A stretch of 64,000 nt of DNA from Podarcis liolepis (Eukaryota). Shown piece after piece: positions 45,722 through 59,559 of the stretch. The notes beneath the pieces are model-generated. The model searched no databases. It was not told where the DNA came from and was given only the letters and a program-made list of their open reading frames with translations. The stretch lies in NCBI GenBank assembly GCA_965112155.1, contig OZ218100.1. The stretch is one strand, 5' to 3'. Positions within the stretch are counted from its first letter, which is position 1. The number at the start of each line of letters is the position of its first letter. Made by a program: the position numbers and the translations under genes.

Positions 45722-46084
45722 GGGACGCGGGTGGCGCTGTGGGTTAAACCACAGAGCCTAGGACTTGCCGATCAGAAGGTCGGCGGTTCGAATCCCCGCG
45801 ATGGGGTGAGCTCCTGTTGTTCGGTCCCAGCTTCTGCCAACCTAGCAGTTTGAAAGCACAAAGTGCAAGTAGATAAATAGGTACCGCTCCAGCGGGAAGG
45901 TAAACGGAGTTTCCATGTGCTGCTCTGGTTCACCAGAAGCGGCTTAGTCATGCTGGCCACATGACCTGGAAGCTGTCTGTGGACAAATGCTGGCTCCCTC
46001 GGCCAATAAAGCGAGATGAGCGCCACAACCTCAGAGTCGCTCACGACTGGACCTAATGGTCAGGGGTCCCTTTACCTTTACCTT
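45722..46084 (+). mobile_element. Full-length Sauria SINE
   Basis: GGGACGCGGGTGGCGCTGTGG head with B-box GGTTCGAATCC; ACCTTT-repeat tail; TSD cccatcatccc. Confidence 0.92.
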
Positions 46085-48116
46085 CCCATCATCCCACCTT
46101 GGCATTATGGTGTTATGGTAAGCTTATAGACATTCTTTACAGCTTATGCTGTAAGCCACCCTGTGATATTTGGGCAAAGGGCAGCATATAAAGTAAGTAA
46201 GTAAGTAAACAATTTTTTTTTTTGCTTTAAGCATATACTTGTCTGCAACACTATTTTGATGTCTGGTTCAGCAAGGTGTCACAAAACACTTCAGGAATTG
46301 CTGCTTCAACTTGTAATGATCCCACCTCACCTCTGACAAGCCCAAAGTATCACCCCCCCTTCTCACAGAGCTGACAGCAAATCAAGGGAAGGAATAAGGT
46401 TGTTCTGGGATTTCAACCTGTTGAAAGGCATGGAAGAAGCCTTGAAGCATCACCCAGATATCAGAGAACCATCCCTGAGCCTTAACTGATGGAACAGAGA
46501 GAAGGCTAGACAATATGTTCTGCAGTTACAACTTGGATGTCTTCCAGGGCCATTTCAATGGCGGCCAGCATTTAACTTTCCCCACAATGCCTTTGATGCC
46601 TCAGGGCATTGTGGGAAATGTAAACTGAAATCCTCAATGTGGGGCAACCATTTTATTTTCCCACAATGCCTTGGAATATTGTTTCTGTATATTGAGGGAA
46701 ATTAAAATGGTGCTGGGTGCTGGATTTTTTTTTATTTTTTATTAAAAGGGAGACCCAGGGCAGGCCTTGGCTGGGGACATATATTTGCACTATACCCACT
46801 ATTGGGGCACTGGAGCCCTGGCAACTCCCCAAGGATGCCAATTACTGACACCTGACCTGAGGCAGGACCATGTTTGAGGAACTGATTAAGAAAATATATG
46901 CCTTTTATTCAGAGTGTAAGACTGGAGCCTCATGCATCAAAATTTGGGAAGCCCTCCCTTAGCAATCTAAAGAAAGCTGTGTGGTATGCTGACTGAATCC
47001 ATATGCGTAGGAACTTTTACAGTTGCTGTTGCTTAAGAGTCACCCATAAACGTATATCAGATTTTCCGCAAGATTGTCCTCATCTGTTTGAGTAGAAGTG
47101 ACCTGTTCTCTGGTAGCCCCCTTGCCTCACAGGACAAAGAGACAGTCTTCTGCTAGGATGTAGTGCCACCAAGAGATTCCTTTCCCCCCAAAGGAATGCT
47201 ATTCTTCCCGTATTTCCCTCAAGTAGTGGCAGAATGAAAACAGTAACAGGAGAAAAGTATTAGATTTGAACAGATGGTCCCAGGTGACTGATGGCTACAC
47301 TCCAGACTGAAGAGGGAAATCACATTTTGCTATGTGTGTGGTATTCCCCCCCCCCCCATTTCATAGGTAAACTAAACACACAATTTAGTGCAGAGAAATC
47401 TCACTGTTTGACCAATTCACTGGTATTCATCTGTTACCTACATTTCACACTACTGGACTTAAAAAAAACAACCCCATAGGGCTTTGTATTTGAAAGATCG
47501 TAAAATTTTGCACCATATGCAGGGGAGTGTCTTGTACTGAAATCCAATTCCAAATATTGTAAATTTTAAGAATCTGGAATAATGCGGCTTGGGAAGTTGA
47601 TGTTTAAAATTTCAGTTTTGTGAAGCATGTTTAGACAATGAAATCTTAAGTCTTGTTGATACTTTTAAAGGGAATTGTTTTAAGCAGCAGCTGGCCAAGA
47701 CGCTGCTCTACAAGACTCTGCTTGTAGACACAAATGGCATCTATAATTGAAAATGTTATCAAAAGAACATGCACACATTGCTGGCTTCTCTGTAGCAGAC
47801 CTCGGTGAGACTGGCTTGGATCCATTCAAGCTTAGCAGCACTTAGTTTCCCCTGAAATTAATGTGACTTCAGTCATGGTGAACTTGCTCTTAAGATTTCA
47901 GCAAGATCCACGTTCAATTAAAATAAGCTGCAATTGTATACTTACTGACTTTCCTAGGAGTTAGCCCATTGAGCTCAGTGGAACTTGTTTATAAGCAGAT
48001 GTGTATAGGATTCTGCTGTTATAATATTAAATGTGTAAAGTGGAATTTCATCCTGGCCATTCATTAGTCCTGATTTATATTTAAAGAAAGCATCTCACCA
48101 TATCTCTACTACATCG

Positions 48117-48209
48117 AAACAAAAAAAATTCCTTCCAGTAGCACCTTAAAGACCAACTAAGTTAGTTCTTGGTATGAGCTTTCGTGTGCATGCACACTTC
48201 TTCAGATAC
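48117..48209 (-). mobile_element. Penelope-like element terminal fragment
   Basis: Single arm of the 11273 palindrome; TSD CTACATCG. Confidence 0.7.
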
Positions 48210-48210
48210 C
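48171..48210 (-). ncRNA. Minimal type I hammerhead ribozyme motif
   Basis: Minus strand: GGUAU-CUGAAGA-A-GUGUGC-AU-GCACAC-GAAA-GC-UC-AUACC (5-bp stem I, CUC cleavage triplet). Confidence 0.6.
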
Positions 48211-49772
48211 TACATCGGTATGTTTTCCTTCGCTCAGCAAATCCACAGTGTTTCCTTTTGGCTGCCACCAGAGGGCAAACATTCCATTCCGCAGAGATCT
48301 CAAAAACCGGCAAGACATCAGGAGGTCGAGCCGTTCCAGTGCCCTCTGCCCAGGTGCAAGCCCCGCAGCAGGTGTTTTGGATTAGGCTGAAATAAAATGC
48401 TAGGGCCAGTTTGGGCAAACACACTTTCCACAGCTCTGTTGCTGTGGGCTTCTTTTGTGCTGTCAGTTTGAAAGCTTTTGCCCCCCACTCCTAGCTAAAC
48501 TCAAACCAGATGGTACCTCCCAAAGTGAACAAATGAGTCTTTCTTTAGGAAGAGAAGAATAGCCCACATGGATTTTTTTTTTAGGGGGGGAAAAAATCCT
48601 GAATACAAAAGCAAGAAGATAAACACTGGATTATGGGAAATACTTCTCTCCGAGAGATTGTGCTAAGAAAGGAGGTAGTAGTCCTAGGTATCTCTGCACT
48701 GGAAAAGGAATAAAATAAGTTATGGTAGGTAGGCAGTTTTAACTGTAAAATGCTACACAACCCAGTTTCATTGCATTCATTTCTCTTTCACGTGTCTTTC
48801 TTTTGTACAGCTTTGATAACTGTTTTTACAGGTTTCTCTTGGGACAAAAAGTATATTGTGCCAGAATTTCTCTGGCAATGTGTAACAGAAGAGTAATGGG
48901 GTTCATTCACACAGAATGTCGTATCTTGCAATTGCGCAGCAGAACTTCCCTTCTCCTTCACTCCCCCCCCCCTCCAAATCTGTTCTGGGGTTTTCCCCAA
49001 CTTTCAGAAGAAGATTTGGGGGAAGGCATGGAGGGCAGGAAGAGAAGAGGGAGGGGAACCTCTGCTGCCCAAGTAGAAGTCCTTACCTGAGTGGGACCAC
49101 CTCATTGGATACAACCCATTTAGATGGGAAAACTTACAATGAATTTTGCAGTCAGGGAGTCAGGTTTGGTAAAAAGAATTCTGTGTTAAATGGAGAAAGT
49201 CACGTCGTTTTTTTCATTGTTAGTGTTATGATGTAAATGTAACACTGATTTAAAGAAGGTAAACAAGAGAGTAAGTGAGCAAGCAAGCAAGCAAGACAAG
49301 TACAACACCCAGGAAAGTGCATGGCTTCCTCATCATGGGAGCAATCACTAGATGTCACTGTGAGACAACACAAATATCTCTGTTATATGCATGGCATAGA
49401 ATGGTTTAATTTTGTTGAGATAGATTTAAGGAAACCATCATTCCTACAAGAGGAATGTCGAGCTCAGTCAATTTCTACATTCACCAATGGCAGTTGCTCC
49501 TATGAATATTCTCTCTCTTACCAACTTTGTCTTGCTTAGCTGGAAAAGTAGTTTTGCATTCAAAAATAAACATTGGAGAAGATGGTAGCATATTTGGTCA
49601 TGGTATTGGGAGACGCATAGCATAAACAGTGAACTTTTACATATTTCTACTTAGAAATAGGCTCTACTGAGCTCAGTGGGATTCGCTCCTCTTGGGTAAG
49701 TCTGCACAGGACTGCAACCAAAGCCACTTATCAGAATGAGATTGATCTGTAGACTGATCTGCAATCTTATTG

Positions 49773-50127
49773 CAGTGGTGCCTCACAAGACGAAAAGAAT
49801 CCGTTCTGTGATTCTCTTCGTCTAGCGGTTTTTTTGTCTTGCGAAGCAAGCCCATTGAAGGATTAGCGGATTAGCGCTATTAGCACTATTAGCGGCTTTT
49901 AGCAGCTTTTAGCGGCTTATCTGCTGATTGGATCAGCTGATAAGCGGCTTAGCGGCTTAGAAAAGGGGGGGAGGAGGAAAAAAAACCAGCAGGAACTCGC
50001 AAGACATTGTCGTCTTGCGAAGCAAGCCCATAGGAAATTCATTTTGCGAAGCACCTCCAAAACGGAAAACTCTTTCGTCTAGCGAGTTTTCCGTCTTGCG
50101 AGGCATTCATCTTGTGGGGCACCACTG
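49773..50127. mobile_element. pogo/Tigger-like MITE with internal TTAGCGG repeats
   Basis: CAGTGGTGCC...GGCACCACTG-TA TIRs; repeated cgtcttgcga. Confidence 0.75.
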
Positions 50128-50573
50128 TACTATGGTTGTTTTTTTTACAATTTTCTTTTTTATACCACTGCTGCTGTGAGCCCCTTCCATGAGTCAACAT
50201 GTGACTTCTCCAGCTGTGTAAAGGATGCTTTCACACACAGAGTTTGCACTGCAGTGCAGGTTGAATTTATCAGCGCTTATCATGGTGACATGAATTTATT
50301 GATTCATGTTACCACTACTGGGACACTCCTCATCCACAGCATGCTTTCTGTTTCAGCTAAGATACACCATATCGATGTTGAAATGGTTGTCTTTGAGCTT
50401 CACCTGTTGATCCAGTTTACTGCTTCACTTAGAAAAGACAATCTGAGATCAGAGGCACAGGAATTTAAGAAAACAAGAAGAGTTCTGCTGTATCAGACCA
50501 AAGACCCATATATCCAGGATCATGGTGGCCAGTCAAATGTCTTTGGGAAGCCCATGAGCAGAATAGGAGGGTA

Positions 50574-50803
50574 CAGTGGTGCCCCGCAAGACGAAATTAA
50601 TTCGTTCCGCAATTTTTGCCGTCTAGTGAATTTTTCTTCTTGCGAAGCACGGTTTAAATGGTTTAACAAAGTCGCAAGACGTTTTCGTCTTGCGAAGCAA
50701 GCCCATAGGGGAATTCGTCTTGCGAGGCAAATCGCGAATGAAAAAACCTTTCGTCTAGCGAGTTTTTTGTCTTGCGAGGCGTTCGTCTTGGGGGGCACCA
50801 CTG
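50574..50803. mobile_element. pogo/Tigger-like MITE (shorter relative of 49773)
   Basis: TA-CAGTGGTGCCCC...GGGGCACCACTG-TA. Confidence 0.8.
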
Positions 50804-51258
50804 TAATTGTTTCTCAGCAGCTGGTATTCAGAGGCTTGCCATCTCTGAATCTAGAAAATAGCACATAGCCATGATGATTAGTAGCCATTAGTAGTCTTAG
50901 CCCCACGAAGCAGAGATCTGTGCTGCAGTACTCAGAAGTTCCTGTGAATTGGCCCAAATAATTGCTAGTGAAGGCATTTTGTGTTTAGTTCAGTGGGCAC
51001 TTGATTATATATTGCAACATGAAGGGAGGAAGTCCAACGAACATCTTCCCATTTTCCTCTTTCCAGAAACCTTTTCAGTTTAATCATTCTCCTTAACCTT
51101 TACTTGTCGGGTCACAATAATTATTTTAACCTGCACTGCACATGGTGTGTGAGAAATTATTCTCAGGGCATTATATCCATCTCTGTAGGATTCGGTTCTT
51201 AGCTGCTAAATGACATCGTCTCTAAGAAGTGTCACTATTTTAAATTAAAAAATATGTA

Positions 51259-51500
51259 CAGTGGTACCTTGGGTTAAGTACTTAATTCTTTCCGGAGGTC
51301 CGTTCTTAACCTGAAACTGTTCTTAACCTGAAGCACCACTTTAGCTAATGGGGCCTCCTGCTGCCACCGCGCTGCCGGAGCACGATTTCTGTTCTCATCC
51401 TGAAACAAAGTTCTTAACCCGAGGTACTATTTCTGGGTTAGCGGAGTCTGTAACCTGAAGCATATGTAACCTGAAGTGTATGTAACCCGGGGTACCACTG
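51259..51500 (-). mobile_element. pogo/Tigger-like MITE
   Basis: 2674/10691 family; TA TSD. Confidence 0.82.
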
Positions 51501-53636
51501 TACACATTTTGAAAATATCATTCTCCTTTTTGCTGCTTCATAGCTGTTTTAGATTCCCAATGGACTCCACAGCATGTTTGGTTTTAAAAGGACTCATGTC
51601 TGTGACACAAAGTAAATGAAGATGATGCATAAAATCAATACTTCCAGAATGTCATGGGTAAAATCCTTCCCTGCACAGGTGCAATATCCATGTGCAGAGG
51701 GACCCTCCCTGTTTCTGATTCCTCCTCACTGGTGCACACTAAGGACTGCTGGCACACTGCCCATGCCTGTACTCAAAGGTGAAGAGAGACAGGATCCTGA
51801 TGGCCTCGCAGGGATACCCTTGTGCACAGGTGCTGTGTCACCCGGGGAGGGATCATCCCCTCAGTATATTTGTCTTTGCGAGTTCTTCAGAAAGAAAAAA
51901 GCAACAACTCCTCTGGTATAAAGTAGACATTATCCACGGCCGCCTCCGCAGGCCAAAGCATGAGTAAACAGATGAGCCATTGCTGTGCCCATAAGGTCAA
52001 CAAATGTGGATTTTGTCAGACCATAGAAGGAAGCACATTTCAGACCTGACAGCTGTCTACTGACCATCAGGCTATATATGTGCACAGTCTAGGCCTGTGA
52101 GTCAAAATGCCCTGAACTTACACTGCGGCAAACTGAAAGAGAAGAGTCATTTTGTATGTACAGGGCCCATTTCAAGCATGACCAAACCAAAACAAGCATT
52201 CACTTCAACCAGAACCACATAAATTAGCATGTATGTTGTAAAATAGGAAAGAAAGGGGAGAGGACTACTTCCACAGTAGAATTAATTAGCAGTTAATGTT
52301 GTTGTTGTTTTTTCTAAGCACCTGAGGATGTAGAGTAAGGCCTCTCAGGCAGTGTAATCCTTTGTATTGGCCATGGTCATCAAGCTCTCTATGTGATAGA
52401 TTATGCTGAATATTTGTATTGATTGTAAAATAAATAACTTAATAATGATAATGATGCAATCTTATATTTGGTGGTGGTTTTGTTTTAACTGCTATGCACT
52501 TGATTGTTTTGAATCTTGCGTGAGTCACCCATGGAACATTGTTAATGGACAGGCAATACATGTCAAAAGAATGTGAAAATAAATTGAATAGTGAGGGGGG
52601 ACACCTCAAAAAATGATACCAAGATGCAGCAGAGATGGAGAATTTTCGTCTTTGAGCTACCAGAAACAACATCAAAATAAAAAACATGTGTGGAGAGTGC
52701 CAGACCAATGTACACCCCTCACTTCACCTCAGAAATGATTGCATACAACAGTCCAGCACAGGCCTAAATGGGTGTTCACATACTACATTCAGCAAGTATG
52801 CAGTCTGTGTACCTGCGTAAACAGCTGAGCTATACACTCTTACAGTTATTCATATGTAATGATCAATGAGTTTACAGTTGGTGTCCCTGTGGCTGAGCTA
52901 TGCAAACCAACAAGTGTACACCCTTTCACAAAAACACATGTACATGTGTAATATCAAAATGTGCAATGTCAACAAACACATTGGCTGTGTTCATATCATA
53001 CATTTAAAGCACATGACTTCCCCCAAAGAATCCTGGGAGCTGTAGTTTGTTAAGGGTGTTACACTTCCCAGGAATCTTTGGGAATGCTTTAAATGTTGGG
53101 TGTATTCCTCCAGGTTCCCGAAGGGAAAGGCAGTGACATCATCCCTTCCTTTGAAGATTCCATTACTGGTGCTAGCAAATACTTAATGGGATCTGCATGC
53201 CACAGAATCCAATAGAGCTTGATGCTCTTTAATTAATGGCCTCTTTAATAGCTGGTGACAGTGGGAGAGTGAACTTCCACAGTTCACAGCCTTTTCCAAG
53301 ACCTCTTCTGGAATATTTCTTTCTACTATCATCAGCCAGACTCCCCTTTTGACCCCTTTATCGGTCTGTGAGTGGTACCGGAATCTTAACGGTCTTCTAG
53401 CCACAGCAGTTCACTGTAGCCCCTTCTGACAGCACACCATCGTGGAGTGAAAGAGATGAATTTTGGTGAGTTCGTAACAGATCAGTTCATTCATCTTTCT
53501 GAAAAGACGTCTGGGACTCTTTCACTTACAGAGGTACCAATATTGCTAAGCAGCTTTCTCAAAAGATATAGCACAGTGAAATTGGCTGTGTACATAGTCC
53601 AACACTCCAAGTTTGAGTTGTGTGAGAGATACATAT

Positions 53637-53727
53637 CATAGCTGTCAACGTTTCCCCTTTTTTTAAGGGAAATTCCCTTATTCCGAATAGGATTCCTCAC
53701 AAGAAAAGGGAAAAGTTAACAACTATG
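53637..53727. mobile_element. ~90-bp hAT-type MITE
   Basis: Same family as 1043; TSD atacatat/atacacat. Confidence 0.78.
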
Positions 53728-55243
53728 ATACACATACACACACACGTACAAAGCTGGGATATGAAATTTGCCTCATAACAGAAGCTGGTATGACATTCCG
53801 GGCCAGGGCCAGTTCTACTATTGGACAGTGTGAGAAGGCCATCTCAGGAAGTTGATTTTTGATGCATGTCTTGAAAGGGCAGCAAACTGTCTATTACTGC
53901 TGTATTTTTCCTGCCAGCAAAAGGGGTGGTGCTTAAGGACTTTTCTGCCTCAGAAGCCAAAAATATCTTGGCAGGTCTTCATTTCTGGTGTGGTGCCATT
54001 TGCTGCTCTGCCTCGGGCAGAAAAATGTCTTGGGCTGGCTCTGGGGAACACACAGATTCGATGAGATGCCAGATTGTCTCAGAACTGGATAAGGCATATT
54101 TGCAGCAGCAGCCAGGAACATAATCAGAATATGGGGCTAGTTTCACAAAACATCTTCCTTTCACACATTTTAACTATTCCCTAAGCAGAGAAGAGGAAAT
54201 ATAAATGGCAAGAAGGACCATGCCTCTGTTGGAAGAATGCATGTTTGCGAATAAAATAGTAACAACACTCACCAGTTTCACATTTTCCATCTCTTGATTG
54301 CTAGTGCGCTTTCTTCTGCCTTTATAGCTTGCAATGTATTCCTATGTATGTTGTATTGTCAGGACTGTCATACCCTAACAGCTTGTACACTAAAACATTT
54401 ATTCATTCACTCATTTTGTCCATTCATCAGGGTTCTTTATTAGTACAACCTTACTCAGTGAGACAAACACAGCCAGCCCACCATGTCTTTTAAATATCAG
54501 GGCATCCCATTATTTGATTATTTGAGCAAAGAAACACCTCAGTTTACGCAAAGGTAAACTCTTGACAGTGTTGAAATCAACAGAAATTCTGGATGAAAAC
54601 AAATACAGTCATACAAGTTTTAACTAGATAGGGATAGTGCAATCATTTTTTGTGAAAAACATCTATTTTAACTTACATTTGGTTGGTAATAGAATTGTGG
54701 CTTGTTTGATTTCATCCATAGAAAAACCACGAAAGGTGAGAGATCTCTTGCTGACACTAGCTTCTCACTAATAGATTGGATGCAATGGTGCCTACTTGGC
54801 AACGTTGCTACATAAGCATGACAAGATTATTTACTTGACTATACATCATAATATTGGATTCCGTGAACATGTGTCTGAGCCTTGCAATTTGACTTTGGCA
54901 TGGCGTTTTCTGAATTACATCCTTAGAGGCAGCAAGGGGGAGGAAGGCACTAATTTATTAATTTATTACATTACAACCTGCCTTTCTTCCAAAGACCTTT
55001 TCCCTCACAACAACACTGTGAGGCTGAATGATAGTGACTGGCCCCAAGTTCATCTAGTGAGCTTCATGGCCAAGTGTGGATTTGATCATACACCTTTCCA
55101 TTTCTAATTCAACACTTTAACTACTATATCGTTGCTTCCCAACCCCGATGAAACCTATGTGAATATGACAGCCATGTAGGAAGGGACAATACATGGATTG
55201 TGATGTTCCAATTTACTAGCACAGAACCACATTATGCTACATA

Positions 55244-55503
55244 CCGTATTTTTCCGCTCTATAAGACGCACCAGACCACAAGACGCACCTAGTTTTTGGA
55301 GGAGGAAAACAAGAAAAAAAATATTCTGAACCTCAGAAGCCAGAACAGCAAGAAGGATCGCTGTGCAGTGAAAGTAGCAATCCCTCTTGCTGTTCTGGCT
55401 TCTGGGATAGCTGCGCAGCCTGCATTCACTCCATAAGACGCACACACATTTCCCCTTACTTTTTAGGAGGGAAAAAGTGAGTCTTATAGAGCAAAAAATA
55501 GGG
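55244..55503. mobile_element. Tc1/mariner (pogo/Tc2-like) MITE
   Basis: TA-CCGTATTTTTCCGCTCTATAAGAC...GTCTTATAGAGCAAAAAATAGGG-TA. Confidence 0.75.
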
Positions 55504-56955
55504 TAATATCATCAAATATTAGTCTTATGTGCAAACCAAGCCCATAAGAAATTCTCTTTTCTTTGAAGACTTGCTTCCTATTTTGTTAAAGTACGCATTC
55601 AGAACATTTCACCGATTATTTTTACTCCAGCCCTAGGATGTGAAGTATATTTAACAGCTGAAGCTCATCATGCAGAAAACAGTTGTCCTGTTGCATAAAT
55701 CCATCATATGAATCAGTCCTGAAGCTCTTTTAAAACTCCTGTTACTACAGATTATTAGATCGTAAAAAGCTGGTCAGAATTTTAGCTGAATGAGAACTTT
55801 TCTCAACAGGTGGATAACAGCAGAATCCTATATATGTCTCCTCAGATGTTTAGTGGGGCTTAATCCCAGGTCAGTACATAGAGGCTTGCTGCCCAAGACC
55901 CTCTCTTCAAAGAGCTATTGCTTCCGAAACTATTGGAGGAGGAAAGAGCCAGATTTTCACAAGGACTGAGTTCTTTCCTCAGCATCATGACAGCTGGTAT
56001 TTCCAAGGCACTCAGCACTTACTGACCACTCAACACATTTGCAAGTTCAGCACTTAAGCACATCAGTGCCCAACAAGTGAGGTGCTCCTTGTCTAGGTTG
56101 AGGCTGAAAAGATGGGGAGGCTTCACAGCCCTGAACTGTAAGAATTATGGATTATACTCATTCCAGGCCTTGTTAGAACCCAAGGGTGGGGGACCTCCAT
56201 CACCCCAGCGTGGCAGCAGGGAAGCCTTTTGTGTGCTATCACCTGAAATATGGAGGATAGGAGGGACAAAACTGTATTAAAATGCAGAAAGCTTATACAA
56301 ACTCATTTCTATCATAGGTGTGGTAAGTGATTGCTCAGACTGCTCTGCCCCTTCCCTCTGATTTTCCCCAGTATAGTGCAGCAATGCAAGTAATGGCTAT
56401 CGACAGAAGAGACTCAGCTGGCATCAAATTGCCATTCAGTCTTAAACCTCTGTGGGTGTCCTTGGGAATGTCTATCCCTTGGCTTAAAATGCCTCATGGA
56501 CTCAACATTCCAGCTGAAATGTGCGAATGAGCCCTTCTCCCTCTCCTTGTAACCTACTTCACAGGGTTCTTGGGAGGCTAAATGAGGTAAAAGCTATTCA
56601 TTTATTTTGCCAATTTCTCAACTGTCTTCATCAGCTTAAAAAAACCCCAGGGTGGTTTACCACAATGAAACAAAAACATTCTCATATTAAAAACAATTAT
56701 TTAAACCCCAAACAACAGTAAACACAGCAAGCAGACAACATCCATAATAGCTATATTAGTTTCCTGCAAAGAGGTGCATTTTAAGAAGCACTGAAAGTCA
56801 GAAAACAACAGCACTGTATGAACCTCCAAGGGGAGGGAATTCCACAAATGAGGGGCCACCACAGAGAAGGCCCTCTCTTGAGTCACCACACAGTGGGATA
56901 TACTCCTTGACAAGTTGAGAAGAAGGCACATTTCACAGCTTGGGCAGGCTGATAT

Positions 56956-57310
56956 AAGGTAAGGTAAAGGACCCCTGGACAGTTAAGTTCACTCAAAGGT
57001 GACTATGGGGTAGGGCACTCATATCACTTTTCAGGCCGAGGGAGCCGGTGTTTGCCAACAGACAGCTTTCTGCGTCATGTGGCCAGCATGACTAAACTGC
57101 TACTGGCACAACGGGACACCATGTGCCATGTGCCAGAGCACACAGAAACACTATTTACCTTCCCACTGCAGCAGTACCTATTTATCTACTTGCACTGGTA
57201 TGCTTTTGAATTGGTAGGTTGGCAGAAGCTGAGACAGAGCAATGGGAGCTCACTCTATCACGTGTTTTCAAACTGACGACCGTCTGATCGGCAAGCACAA
57301 GACACTCAGC
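56956..57310 (-). mobile_element. Sauria SINE (diverged)
   Basis: aaggtaaaggacccctggacagttaag tail and conserved core. Confidence 0.8.
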
Positions 57311-59188
57311 TTTCGTACTGTTTCCCCACATAGAGTGCATTGCAATATCCTAATCAAGTGCATGGATTATTGTGGCCAGATTATCCCGACCCAGGACTGG
57401 CCATGGAGGGTGAATCAACCATACCTGAAACTAGGTACATCTCATCATTAATGAGGCCATCACCTGGGCCCAATACCAGTGCTTCAATAAGGTGAAGGTG
57501 GTGAGGGTGTCAGAACTACACCTGAGGCAAACTGCTTCACCTCGCCTCACTGAAAATCTGGGAGAACCTCTTTGTGGAATCCAACCCATTGTGAAGCACG
57601 TGGAAGGGTCACTTTAGATTCCACTAACTGTGCTAAATTATTGCAGTTGGAGCACTACTTTCCTGTCCAAAATTAAGCACACACCTTTTTTGAATTGTGT
57701 TTATCTGTTGTGGTGATAAATGCCCCCTCTGCTGCATCCCCAGAAGAAATGGGTTAGGCAGTGCTCTCATTTCCCCAGGGATGAGAATCGAAGAAGTGAC
57801 TAGATAATGTGACCCAGCATCTGGCCTTTGCCTGAAGTGTTAAGAGGAAGAGCTTTGGAGTAGTTTGTTATGCTCTTCCTTATCGGCATTAGATGTTATC
57901 ACCTTCGATAGGTCAAGCTCTAGGTTGTGACTCAATTGTCTAGAAGAAAGTAATTGAAGAGATACCTAAATGTGAATTGTAGGTGGTAAAAGGGGAATCT
58001 TGCTCTCTGTTAGTCTTCTCATTTACTCTGTAAATACATGAAAATATATATATATATATTCCCTTTAAAAGTTACCCTCTTCATCATCGCATTCCCCCAC
58101 ACTCCAGATTTTGGTCTTTATAAGCTCTGAACCTTTTCATGTTTGTTTTGTCGAATGGATTTCTTTTGGCTAGCAACAAGCTCAGCATTAAACAGATGGC
58201 TGCATCGTGTGCCTGAGGCAAGTAGGGCAGGAAACAAAGAAAACATCTCCAAGGGTGTGTTTTCAGAAATGGAGAGAGCTGCTACTTAGGTCATATTTGG
58301 ATAACCACATCCATCGAACATTCTGTTGCACCTTTTGAGACTTCTGGGCAATTATTTGATATGAAAGAGCAACAAAGAGCTGTATTTATGTAGCATCAGA
58401 CCCTAGCCTTTTTTCATTTTGCCAAATCGCATCTTCCCGGCTTGCTCAACAGGTGCTCAAAAATAAACCCATATTAATGACAAGAAAACAAGACAGGAGC
58501 AAAAGGGAGGGAGGAGAAAAGAAAACAGCCCAAAGACAGGGAAAAGGTGGGTAAAGGAGAATAGGGAGGGTCATGGGATGAGAGTAAACTCATAGTGTGT
58601 TTGCACAGTTCTGTTTGCAGGCAGAAAAAGTGGAGCAGTGCTTTCAGCCAATTCTCTTGGGAGCAGGACAATTTTTTGTAGGCAGCAGCGATGGAGATGC
58701 AATTGGCAGCCCAGTGGGCCACCTTCTTTTCTTATAATGACTGTCTGAATGATGCTGTGTTGTAACATAGCATTTCTTTAGGATGATTGCTGGAACAAAA
58801 GGTAGAGGCATCTGCTGAAGCCCATTGGGCATTGGCTTTGTGTGTACCTCAACTAAGGAGGTAAATTGGGGTGGTTTGAGATAGTCTTTCATGTCACCAA
58901 GTCAGATCTTACCATTATGAAGGCATGCTGAGGCAGATCAGGGAGTGACCAACCTTCTTGGTTCATTTTTGCCCCATAGAATTAAATGCACAGTATTTCC
59001 CCCACCTTTTCTGATAAATGAAACCCAGCTGACTGGGGAAATGCCCAGAGCTTGAGGGGTGGGATCTTCTATTTTGACAGACAGGTCTAACCTTTAATCA
59101 CACTGAGTTATTTCCCAGTGCACTCCAACCATAGTGATTTGGGGAAGGGGTGTGTGTTTGTAAGTGGTAGACTATTGAGGTGGCCTGC

Positions 59189-59189
59189 T

Positions 59190-59264
<75 letters not shown>
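59189..59264. repeat. (CTTT)n microsatellite
   Basis: Tetranucleotide run. Confidence 0.95.
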
Positions 59265-59332
59265 GACTTTTAAGAAATAAAGGAATCAACAGGATTAAAA
59301 CCACAATATAAATAAATAAATTAAAAGTAGTA

Positions 59333-59559
59333 CAGTGGTACCTCGGGTTAAGAACTTAATTCATTCTGGAGGTCTGTTCTTAACCTGAAACTGTTCTTAA
59401 CCTGAAGCACCACTTTAGCTAATGGGGCCTCCTGCTGTTACTGCGCCGCCGGAGCACGATTTCTGTTCTCATCCTGAAGCAAAGTTCTTAACCCAAGGTA
59501 CTATTTTTGGGTTAGTGGGGGTCTGTAACCTGAAGCATATGTAACCCGAGGTACCACTG
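59333..59559 (-). mobile_element. pogo/Tigger-like MITE
   Basis: 2674/10691 family; TA TSD. Confidence 0.82.

Noticed and set aside
45722-45800. tRNA gene (A/B-box-like GGTTCGAATCC)
   Set aside because: It is the tRNA-derived head of a Sauria SINE.
50176-50868. 230-aa ORF
   Set aside because: GTG start, no recognisable domain, and the second half runs through a MITE (50574-50803); most likely a chance ORF.
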